DNA of 32,000 nt from Desulfobulbus propionicus DSM 2032 (lineage in GTDB: Bacteria > Desulfobacterota > Desulfobulbia > Desulfobulbales > Desulfobulbaceae). The translations under genes were made by a program, and so were the position numbers. The stretch covers positions 2,370,001 to 2,402,000 of the forward strand of contig NC_014972.1 in the NCBI RefSeq assembly GCF_000186885.1, written 5' to 3'. Under the pieces are notes generated by a model, which was not told the DNA's origin, made no database searches, and saw nothing but the letters and a program-made list of their open reading frames with translations. Shown here one piece after another: positions 16,607 through 24,410 of the stretch (its first letter is position 1; the number at the start of each line of letters is the position of its first letter).

Positions 16607-17847
16607 TCCTTTGCCACTTTGGCAAATTGACGAGATTGCCCCGAGCACGATAAACAAATCATGGCATATTGTTCTGCAACAACCACCCAGTCGAATTTTC
16701 CAGAAATCAATCGCCTTGCCTTCCGCCTTATCTCTTCATAATTCTCTTTACTTTTTGCTATGTGTATTATCTTTGCAGCTAAAAGACTTGTATTACCAGG
16801 TGGCACTAAAAATCCTGTTTGCCCATCTACAAGTATATCTTCAATTCCTCCAACCCTAGTGCCAATCACCAGACAGCCGCTCATCGCCGCTTCGACAAAA
16901 GTCAACCCAAAGCCTTCCGTATCTCCATTTCTCACTTGCACGGATGGACCAATAAAAAGATCGGCGGTTGCATAATAGACTGGAAGTTGATCATTCGATA
17001 TCCCCCCTGCGAACAGGACAACTTTGTCAAATCCAAGTTGTCGCACCTGATTTCGCAATTCATGCTCCAACTCTCCATGACCGACTATCAGTAACTTGGC
17101 GTCCGGAAAATCATTGATGACCTTAGGCATGGCATCAATCAGGTAGCGTACCCCCTTTTTCTCGGTCAGACGGCCAACAAAGAGCAGAAACGGACCATGA
17201 ATGCCATACCGTTCCCTGATGGCTTCATTCTTTTTATTCGGGGAAAAGAGCGACGCATCCACTCCCATGGGGATAATGTCCGGTTTTTGATGACTCTGGG
17301 TATCGGCACAAAGTATTCGTGCCAGCGCTGAACTGACCGTTATTACCCTGTCGGCATTGTTCACTATCCATTTTTTGGCAGCTATAACCGCAGGCGTTCG
17401 CAAGCCAAACACATCGGCACCGTGCGCCGTTATGATAACCGGAACCTTGAAAAGCTTTTTAATTACCACTGCCCAAAAGCCCTGCGGGACCAACCAATGG
17501 GCGTGAATTACGTCAGGCCGGATCTTTGCGACAAGCAGAAGCAGTGAAAAAAACTGGGCGACAAGAAAAAAAGGAAGAAGCAGGTGATACAGTTTGTTCC
17601 GTCGTAATTTTGGAACGATTCCTTGCCCACCGGCTAAACGTTCGCATGAGGCGAAAAAATAGCGAAAACGATGGATGTGCATTCCGCATATCCGCTCCTC
17701 TCTCAAGGCACCAGGGTAATGCGGTGTATGCACAGTGACATCAAATGTCTCGACCAGCCGTCTTGACAATTCATAGACAAACGGTGGGTCGGTATCATTT
17801 TGCCAGCGGGGGAAGGTAGAAGTGACAACGAGTAGTTTTGGCTTCAT
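16603..17847 (-). CDS. Glycosyltransferase family 4
   Basis: ITAHGADVFGL, PMGVDASLFSPNKK, LLFVGRLTEKKGVRYLI, LFIGPSVQVRNGDTEGFGLTFVEAAMSGCLVIGTRVGGIEDI. Start MKPKLLVV (17847) removes overlap with the upstream GT2 ORF. Confidence 0.88.
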   Translation of the reverse strand: MKPKLLVVTSTFPRWQNDTDPPFVYELSRRLVETFDVTVHTPHYPGALREERICGMHIHRFRYFFASCERLAGGQGIVPKLRRNKLYHLLLPFFLVAQFFSLLLLVAKIRPDVIHAHWLVPQGFWAVVIKKLFKVPVIITAHGADVFGLRTPAVIAAKKWIVNNADRVITVSSALARILCADTQSHQKPDIIPMGVDASLFSPNKKNEAIRERYGIHGPFLLFVGRLTEKKGVRYLIDAMPKVINDFPDAKLLIVGHGELEHELRNQVRQLGFDKVVLFAGGISNDQLPVYYATADLFIGPSVQVRNGDTEGFGLTFVEAAMSGCLVIGTRVGGIEDILVDGQTGFLVPPGNTSLLAAKIIHIAKSKENYEEIRRKARRLISGKFDWVVVAEQYAMICLSCSGQSRQFAKVAKD

Positions 17848-17851
17848 CACC

Positions 17852-18862
17852 CTATTCAATTCGATCATACCGCATCTGATTGATCTGCTCAGCCACCAAG
17901 CCGATCATGAAGATGATAATGGCGCTGTTGAACAGCAGGGCCGACATGTTGGTAAAGCGGCCATGGGCAAAAAAGGTATAGCCATAGTAGCAGAGCCCGG
18001 TGGCAAAGAAACCAAGGCTGATCGGCAGGAACACCCGAAATGGTGAAAAAAGGGTGGCGATCTTGGTGATGATGAGGAAAAAACGGGTGCCGTCCCGGAG
18101 CAGTTTGATTTTGCTCTTGCCTGTCCGCGCTTTGGTCTGAATGGGGATGTATTTGACGCTGCGGCCGCTGCGGAGGTAGCCCAAAGTCAGGGTGGAGGGA
18201 TAGGAGAAGGTGTTGGGCAACAGATAGATGAACTGTTTGACCACGGAAAGGCGCACCAGGCGAAAACCCGAGGTCAAATCTTCGATCTTGAACTTGGTAA
18301 CATAAGAAGCAAATCTGTTGTACACCCAATTGGCCAGGTCGCGATGGGCCTTGGTTTCCGACTGCCTGGTCCGCGCGCCGACCACCATGTCGAAACGGTC
18401 TTTATATTCCAGCAGACGGGCAATGTCCTCCGGCCGATGTTGACCATCGGCATCCATCATCACCACCCACTCGCCCTGGGCACAGCGGAGGCCGGTCTTG
18501 ATGGCCGCGCCGTTGCCGATATTGTAGGGATGAGGCCACACATGAGCCCCAGCCGCCATGGCCTCCTGCAGGGTACTGTCGGTTGAGCCGTCGTCCACCA
18601 CCAAGATTTCGTATTCAGGGTACAGGGCGCGAATCCGTTCAATGGTGTCGCCGATGACGCCTGCTTCATTGTAGGCAGGCAGCAGGATGGACACCTCGTA
18701 TTTTTTTTTCTGCTCCACAACCGTGCTCCACAGCAAGTATTCCCGTTCGCTGGCCGGTTGTCCCGTGCGGCATGTCCTTTCAACCGCAGCGAGGTCCGCC
18801 AGCAACCATGTCCTAAAAAGTAGACCAGAAATCGCAATAAAAGCAAAGAGATTCGTTGACAA
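17852..18862 (-). CDS. Glycosyltransferase family 2 (dolichyl-phosphate mannosyltransferase-like) with C-terminal TM region
   Basis: VSILLPAYNEAGVIGDTIERIRALYPEYEILVVDDGSTDSTLQEA...NIGNGAAIKTG...VVMMDADGQHRPEDI. The first ~45 residues may not be translated; a GTG near 18718 is an alternative start. Confidence 0.85.
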   Translation of the reverse strand: MSTNLFAFIAISGLLFRTWLLADLAAVERTCRTGQPASEREYLLWSTVVEQKKKYEVSILLPAYNEAGVIGDTIERIRALYPEYEILVVDDGSTDSTLQEAMAAGAHVWPHPYNIGNGAAIKTGLRCAQGEWVVMMDADGQHRPEDIARLLEYKDRFDMVVGARTRQSETKAHRDLANWVYNRFASYVTKFKIEDLTSGFRLVRLSVVKQFIYLLPNTFSYPSTLTLGYLRSGRSVKYIPIQTKARTGKSKIKLLRDGTRFFLIITKIATLFSPFRVFLPISLGFFATGLCYYGYTFFAHGRFTNMSALLFNSAIIIFMIGLVAEQINQMRYDRIE

Positions 18863-19198
18863 GGCCCAGGAAAAGCCTCCAGGTGCCGCGGACTGCTTTG
18901 CCGCCCCCCTCGGCCTTTGTGCTGATCAGGCCTCTTATCGAGCGAGCCGAATGTTTCCCCTCACCTGCCAGAGCCACACGAGCCAAAAACACCAAATGGG
19001 ACATTTTGACTCGGTTCTTTTTTTAACTGTTTCATTTTAACCCGGAACTCGCCACACTGGTTATTTTCGGTCGTTTTTGGGATGTTCATCGCCCAAATAC
19101 CGCCTCAACATCTTCTCTCAACGCCACCAATGGGGCATTTCGGCGGATCAGCACCGGCCACCAAAACACAACATACTGAATTAACGATATTTACCAGA

Positions 19199-19214
19199 TG
19201 GCACATTCTTTGCT
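19199..19214 (+). promoter_or_regulatory. Sigma54 -24/-12 promoter upstream of the Fe-ADH gene
   Basis: TGGCACATTCTTTGCT: GG-N10-GC, close to the consensus TGGCAC-N5-TTGCW; 93 nt upstream of the ATG. Confidence 0.8.
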
Positions 19215-19307
19215 ATAGAAGGGTACGCGTTTCATTGGTACCAAAGAGAGGCAGGAATTTTAGGTAGGACGAGAGGAACCCTAACACTACAAAAGGATGG
19301 TTTCATT

Positions 19308-20489
19308 ATGGCAGTTCGTGAACAAGTCTACGGTTATTTCATTCCCTCTGTAACCCTGATCGGCATTGGCGCCGCCAAGCAGATCCCGGACAAAATCAAG
19401 GCCCTCGGCGGTTCCAAGCCGTTGATCGTCACCGACAAGGGCATCACCGGTGCCGGCATCACCAAACAGATCACCGACCTGCTGGAAGCCGCGGGCATGG
19501 CCTACGTGGTCTATGACGAAACGATCCCCAATCCCACCGACAAGAACGTGCATGACGGCGTCGACATCTACAAGAAAGAGAACTGCGACTCCCTGATCAC
19601 CCTCGGCGGCGGTTCTTCCCATGACTGCGGCAAGGGCGTTGGCCTGGTGGTCGCCAACGGCGGCAAGATCCATGACTACGAGGGCGTGGACAAATCCTCC
19701 AAGCCCATGCCCCCCTACCTGGCGGTCAACACCACCGCCGGCACCGCCTCGGAGATGACCCGCTTCTGCATCATCACCGACACCTCCCGTCACGTGAAGA
19801 TGGCCATCGTTGACTGGCGCGTCACCCCCGGCATCGCCGTCGACGATCCGATGCTCATGGTTGGCATGCCGCCGGCACTGACCGCCGCCACCGGCATGGA
19901 CGCCCTCACCCACGCGGTCGAGGCCTATGTGTCCACCATCGCCACCCCGATGACCGACTCCGCCGCCGAGAAGGCCATCGAGCTGATCGCCAAGTACCTG
20001 CGTCCGGCCGTGGCCAATGGCCAGGACATCGAAGCCCGCGAAGGCATGTGTTTTGCCCAGTATCTGGCCGGCATGGCCTTCAACAACGCCAGCCTGGGTC
20101 ACGTCCATGCCATGGCCCATCAGCTGGGCGGTTTCTATGACTTGCCGCACGGCGAGTGCAACGCCATTCTCCTGCCCCATGTGGAGAAGTTCAACCTAAT
20201 CGCCAAGATGGACCGCTTTGTCAAGATCGCCGAGCTGATGGGCGAGAACACCGCTGGTCTGGCCCCGCGCGACGCCGCCGAGCTGGCCCTGGTGGCTATC
20301 CGCAAGCTGTCCGCCGACATCGGCATCCCGGCTGGCCTGATCGAGCTGGGCAAGAAGTATGGCAAGGAAGTCAAGGCCTCCGACATCGACACCATGGTGG
20401 CCAATGCCCAGAAGGATGCCTGCGGTCTGACCAACCCGCGCTGCCCGAAAGACGCCGACGTCAAGGCGATCTACACCGCCGCGCTGTAA
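19308..20489 (+). CDS. Iron-containing (type III) alcohol dehydrogenase
   Basis: LITLGGGSSHDCGKGVG, NTTAGTASEMTRFCIITD, TGMDALTHAVEAYVS, LGHVHAMAHQLGGFYDLPHGECNAILLPHV. Confidence 0.95.
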   Translation: MAVREQVYGYFIPSVTLIGIGAAKQIPDKIKALGGSKPLIVTDKGITGAGITKQITDLLEAAGMAYVVYDETIPNPTDKNVHDGVDIYKKENCDSLITLGGGSSHDCGKGVGLVVANGGKIHDYEGVDKSSKPMPPYLAVNTTAGTASEMTRFCIITDTSRHVKMAIVDWRVTPGIAVDDPMLMVGMPPALTAATGMDALTHAVEAYVSTIATPMTDSAAEKAIELIAKYLRPAVANGQDIEAREGMCFAQYLAGMAFNNASLGHVHAMAHQLGGFYDLPHGECNAILLPHVEKFNLIAKMDRFVKIAELMGENTAGLAPRDAAELALVAIRKLSADIGIPAGLIELGKKYGKEVKASDIDTMVANAQKDACGLTNPRCPKDADVKAIYTAAL

Positions 20490-20498
20490 GACAAACAA

Positions 20499-20530
20499 GA
20501 TGGTTCCCGTGCTCCCGCGCGGGAACCATC
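20499..20530 (+). terminator. Strong hairpin after Fe-ADH gene, possible terminator / RNA 3' stabiliser without U tract
   Basis: GATGGTTCCCGTGC-TCCC-GCGCGGGAACCATC: 14 bp stem with one G-U pair, 4-nt loop, 9 nt after the stop codon. Confidence 0.5.
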
Positions 20531-20758
20531 GACCGCTTTCACAAACTCCGGTGGAGCCTGCCCCTGTTTTCCCTGACTTGGCCTGTGCGGGCTTCACCGG
20601 CATTCTTCACCCAAGTTACGCTGTGGTTGGCGTTGCGGGGCGCGGTTTCGCGTCCCGCGTTTCACGTTTCCACCGGAAAGGAGGCGCAGGGCCTTTACTC
20701 CTTGTGACCCTGCGCCTCTGATCCAATACCAACCAGAAGCAACCGATTCGTACAAGTA

Positions 20759-20787
20759 TTGACAAGGACAGGAAATTGAGCTAGCTT
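20759..20787 (+). promoter_or_regulatory. Possible sigma70-type promoter for the AOR gene
   Basis: TTGACA (20759-20764), 17 nt spacer, TAGCTT (20782-20787). The -10 is weak. Confidence 0.35.
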
Positions 20788-20826
20788 TTCCGACAACCTA
20801 TTGAAGTTTTGCGTTTTTTTTGCATC

Positions 20827-20890
20827 ACGGCCTCACCGTCGATCGTAACGGGTACGGGTTCCCGCAGGAGCCCGGTTATTCTCTTTTTTG
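20827..20890 (+). promoter_or_regulatory. Structured 5' leader with terminator-like hairpin just before the AOR RBS
   Basis: CGGGTTCC-CGCA-GGAGCCCG (20855-20874) followed by GTTATTCTCTTTTTT. Upstream CCGT (20836-20839) can pair with ACGG at either 20827-20830 or 20848-20851. Confidence 0.45.
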
Positions 20891-20905
20891 CATAGGAGTC
20901 ATCGC

Positions 20906-22636
20906 ATGGCTGATAAAATTTTTCGTGTCAATATGTCGGACCTGAGCACCAAGGTCGAAGCCGTACCCGAGGCATGGATGGGCCTGGGCGGTCGCGGTCT
21001 GACCTCGACCATCGTCGCCGCCGAAGTCAACCCCACCTGTCACCCGCTGGGCAAAAACAACAAGCTGGTTTTTGCTCCGGGCCTGCTGTCCGGTACCCCG
21101 GCCGCCAACTCCGGCCGTCTGTCTTGTGGCGCCAAAAGCCCGTTGACCGGCACCATCAAGGAAGCCAACGCCGGCGGCACCTCGGCGCAGATGCTGGCCA
21201 AGCTCGGCGTCAAGGCCCTGATCATCGAAGGCAAGCCCGCCGATGACTCCAAATGGTACAGCCTGCACGTCAATGCGGACGGGGTGACCATCAAGGAAGA
21301 GACCGAAGTGATCGGCTTGGGCAACTTTGCCGTGGTCCAGACCCTCAACAATCGCCTGGGTGACAAGGTCGGCGTGATCACCATCGGTCCGGCCGGCGAA
21401 ATGAAGATGCTCGGCGCCAACATTTCGATCAAGGATCCGGACAGCCACATGCGCTCCAACGGCCGTGGCGGTCTGGGCGCGGTCATGGGGTCCAAGAAGG
21501 TCAAATTCATCTCTGTCGAGCCCACCGATCAGAAGGTGGCCATCGCCGACCCCGAAGCCTTCAAGGCGGCCAACCGCACCTTTGCCAAGGCCCTGGTCGA
21601 CAACCCCATCAGCAAGGCCCTGGCCCAGTACGGCACCAACGTCCTGGTCAACATCATCAACGAGTCCGGCGGGCTGCCCACCCAGAATTTCACCCGTGGC
21701 CAGTTCGAGGGCCACGAGGCGGTGTCCGGCGAGACCATGTACGACACCATCGTCGCCCGTGGCGGCAAGCCGAAACACAACTGCCATCCCGGCTGCGTCA
21801 TCCAGTGCTCCCAGATCTACGCCGACGCCAAGGGCCAGTACAAGACCTCTGGTTTCGAGTACGAGACCATCTGGGCCCTGGGTGCCGACTGCTGCATCGA
21901 CAACCTCGACTACGTGGCCGAGGCCGACAATCTGATGGACGACATCGGGCTCGATTCGATCGAGATTCCGGTGGCCTTCGGCGTGGCCATGGAGGCCGGA
22001 GTGCTCAAATTCGGCGACGGTGCCGAGTTGTGCCGCATCCTCAAGGAAGAAGTGGCCAAGGGCACGCCGCTGGGCCGGATCATCGGCAACGGCGCGGGCT
22101 CGGTGGGCAAGGCCTTTGGCGTTACCCGCGTGCCGGTGGTCAAGAACCAGGCCATCCCAGCCTATGACCCCCGCGCCATCAAGGGCATCGGCATCACCTA
22201 CGCCACCTCCACCCAGGGCGCGGATCACACCATGGGCTACACCATCGCCACCAACATTCTTGGCGTGGGCGGCAAGGTCGACCCGCTGAGCAAGGAAGGC
22301 CAGGTGGAACTGTCGCGCAACCTGCAGATCGCCACCGCGGCCATCGACTCCACCGGCATGTGTCTGTTCATCGCCTTCGCGGCGCTCGACGACGCCACCT
22401 GTCTGCCGGCCCTGATCGACATGATCAACGCCCGCTTCGGCATCAAGCTGACCGCGGCCGATGTCACCAACCTCGGCATGACCATCCTCAAGACCGAGCG
22501 TGCCTTCAATCTGGCCGCCGGCTTCACCAACAAGGATGACCGGCTGCCCGAGTTCTTCTCCGAGGAACCGATCGCGCCGCACAACGTGGTCTGGGATATC
22601 ACCGACGAAGCCATCGACTCGTTCTGGAACTTCTGA
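20906..22636 (+). CDS. aor: Aldehyde:ferredoxin oxidoreductase (tungsten-dependent AOR family)
   Basis: AGGAG RBS at 20894, ATG 20906 (MADKIFRVNMSDLS). AOR features GGRGLTSTIVAAEV, FAPGLLSGTPAANSGRLSCGAKSPLTG, NGRGGLGAVMGSKK, CHPGCVIQCSQ plus distal GMCLF cysteine. The listed ORF starts upstream at TTG 20888. Confidence 0.95.
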   Translation: MADKIFRVNMSDLSTKVEAVPEAWMGLGGRGLTSTIVAAEVNPTCHPLGKNNKLVFAPGLLSGTPAANSGRLSCGAKSPLTGTIKEANAGGTSAQMLAKLGVKALIIEGKPADDSKWYSLHVNADGVTIKEETEVIGLGNFAVVQTLNNRLGDKVGVITIGPAGEMKMLGANISIKDPDSHMRSNGRGGLGAVMGSKKVKFISVEPTDQKVAIADPEAFKAANRTFAKALVDNPISKALAQYGTNVLVNIINESGGLPTQNFTRGQFEGHEAVSGETMYDTIVARGGKPKHNCHPGCVIQCSQIYADAKGQYKTSGFEYETIWALGADCCIDNLDYVAEADNLMDDIGLDSIEIPVAFGVAMEAGVLKFGDGAELCRILKEEVAKGTPLGRIIGNGAGSVGKAFGVTRVPVVKNQAIPAYDPRAIKGIGITYATSTQGADHTMGYTIATNILGVGGKVDPLSKEGQVELSRNLQIATAAIDSTGMCLFIAFAALDDATCLPALIDMINARFGIKLTAADVTNLGMTILKTERAFNLAAGFTNKDDRLPEFFSEEPIAPHNVVWDITDEAIDSFWNF

Positions 22637-22729
22637 TCGAGACGCGGCCATCACCGCCAGGGGCATTCCGTCATTCGGCGGAATGCCCCGCCTCCAACGT
22701 GCAACCACAACCCAAACCCGGAATCGCTC

Positions 22730-22954
22730 ATGCAGCTCACGGTCAAACTGTTCGCCTATTTTCGGGACAATCGTTTCAAGCAGCAACGCATGGAATTCGC
22801 CGAGGGCACCACGGTCGAGGACATCATCCGTTTCCTTGACCTGCCGCTTGACGAGGTTGGGGTGACCATGATCAATTCGCGCCACTGCGAACTGCACCAG
22901 ATACCGGCCGAGGGCGATCAGCTGGCCATTTTTCCGGCGATTGGCGGCGGGTGA
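22730..22954 (+). CDS. MoaD/ThiS-like small sulfur carrier protein
   Basis: 74 aa; VTVKLFAYFRDNRF-like N-term (MQLTVKLFAYFRDN), ends LAIFPAIGGG with C-terminal Gly-Gly. Confidence 0.85.
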   Translation: MQLTVKLFAYFRDNRFKQQRMEFAEGTTVEDIIRFLDLPLDEVGVTMINSRHCELHQIPAEGDQLAIFPAIGGG

Positions 22955-22973
22955 TTCCGCCGCCGGTGTTTTT
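22943..22973 (+). terminator. Rho-independent terminator overlapping the end of the MoaD-like CDS
   Basis: GGCGGCGG-GTGATT-CCGCCGCC (8 bp GC stem) then GGTGTTTTT. Confidence 0.65.
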
Positions 22974-23143
22974 CTCCGCCCTCTCTCACGAAGGCAAATT
23001 TCCCCCACCCCTTCGTTGCGTTCGTGCTATATTATCGCGTGTGGACGGGCCGGGCATCCCGGCGGCCGTCGAAGATACCGGTTGATTCCGGTTCACGCTT
23101 TCTGGCTCCATTCCATGACGGAGCATTTCCCAGGCAAAACAAC

Positions 23144-24382
23144 ATGAACGATTTCTTCAAACTGATCAGCCCCACTGATTTTGTCGCCCTGTTTGCCGAT
23201 TTCGCCCCGCTTGCGGACGAAATCGTGCCGCTCGGCGCGGCGCGGGGCAGAGTCGTCGCCAAACCGCTGACCAGCAACGAAGCACTGCCGCCCTTTTCCC
23301 GCTCGACCATGGATGGCTACGCCGTCCGGGCGGCCGATACCTTTGGCTGTTCCGAATCCGAGACCGCGCTGTTGACGGTGATCGGCGAAATCGCCATGGG
23401 CGCCTCGGGTCAGGCCTTCAGTCTCCGCCCCGGCCAGGCCGTGCGCATCTGGACCGGCGGCGAGCTGCCGCTGAAAGCCGATGCCGTGGTCATGGTCGAA
23501 TACACCCAGCCCTTCGACGAGCAGACCGTGGCCGTGTTCCGGCCGGTTGCCCCGGGCGAGAACATCATCCGCGCCGGCGAGGATTATGCTCCCGGCAGCA
23601 TTGTCCTGGAACCGGGCAGCCGCTTGCGGCCCCAGGATCTGGGGGTGCTTTCCGGTCTGGGCATCACCTCGGTCCCGGTCTATCGCCAACCACGAGTGGC
23701 CATCCTTTCCACCGGTGATGAACTGGTACCGGCCGAGCAGACACCGCCGCCGGGCAAGATTCGCGACATCAATTCCACTTCCCTGGCGGCCCTGGTCGAG
23801 GAGGCAGGCGGCAGGCCCCTACTCCACGGCATCTGCTCCGACGATTTCGACCGCATGCTGGCCGTCTGCACCGAGGCCTTGGCCGAAGCCGATGTCCTGT
23901 TGCTCTCCGGCGGCAGCTCGGTGGGTCAGCGCGACTTCACCAAGCGGGTCTTTGCCGCCATGCCCGACAGCGAGCTGCTGGTGCATGGGGTTTCGGTCCG
24001 TCCGGGCAAGCCGACCATCCTCGCCCGTCAGGGCAACAAGGCGCTGTTCGGTCTGCCCGGCCATGTCGCCTCGGCCCTGGTGATCTTCACCTGTTTTGTC
24101 CGCCCGCTGCTCAGGCAATACAGCGGGTTGGGCGCCACCCTCGGGCTGCGCACGATCCGGGCGATCACCGCCGAACAGATTCCCTCGACCATTGGCCGCG
24201 AAGACTACGTCCGGGTACGCTTAACCGCCCGCGAAGAAGGGCAATCCCCCCTGGCGACACCGGTCTACGGCAAGTCGGGACTGCTCAGCCCGCTGGTCCG
24301 GGCCGACGGTCTCTTGCCCATCGGCCGCGATGTCGAGGGCCTGGATCGGGGGGTCGAATGCCCGGTGCTGCTGTTTCCCTAA
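23144..24382 (+). CDS. moeA: MoeA-like molybdopterin molybdenum/tungsten transferase
   Basis: RSTMDGYAVRAADTF, GEIAMG, IWTGGELPLKADAVVMVEYT, LSTGDELVP, ATGGSSVG-like LSGGSSVGQRD, GVSVRPGKPTIL, GLPGHVASA. Start MNDFFKL at 23144 preferred to 23024. Confidence 0.92.
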   Translation: MNDFFKLISPTDFVALFADFAPLADEIVPLGAARGRVVAKPLTSNEALPPFSRSTMDGYAVRAADTFGCSESETALLTVIGEIAMGASGQAFSLRPGQAVRIWTGGELPLKADAVVMVEYTQPFDEQTVAVFRPVAPGENIIRAGEDYAPGSIVLEPGSRLRPQDLGVLSGLGITSVPVYRQPRVAILSTGDELVPAEQTPPPGKIRDINSTSLAALVEEAGGRPLLHGICSDDFDRMLAVCTEALAEADVLLLSGGSSVGQRDFTKRVFAAMPDSELLVHGVSVRPGKPTILARQGNKALFGLPGHVASALVIFTCFVRPLLRQYSGLGATLGLRTIRAITAEQIPSTIGREDYVRVRLTAREEGQSPLATPVYGKSGLLSPLVRADGLLPIGRDVEGLDRGVECPVLLFP

Positions 24383-24410
24383 TCCCCATTTGTTGAATTG
24401 GACGAATCCC

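Noticed and set aside
20876-23008. 710-aa minus-strand ORF opposite the AOR gene and neighbours
   Set aside because: Low-complexity, His/Asp/Gly/Val-rich translation characteristic of the antisense frame of a GC-rich gene; the + strand AOR has clear family motifs. The same reasoning rejects 24573..26081, 27566..29617, 30106..31464, 3881..5128, 5165..6031, 19287..20180 and 30504..31358.
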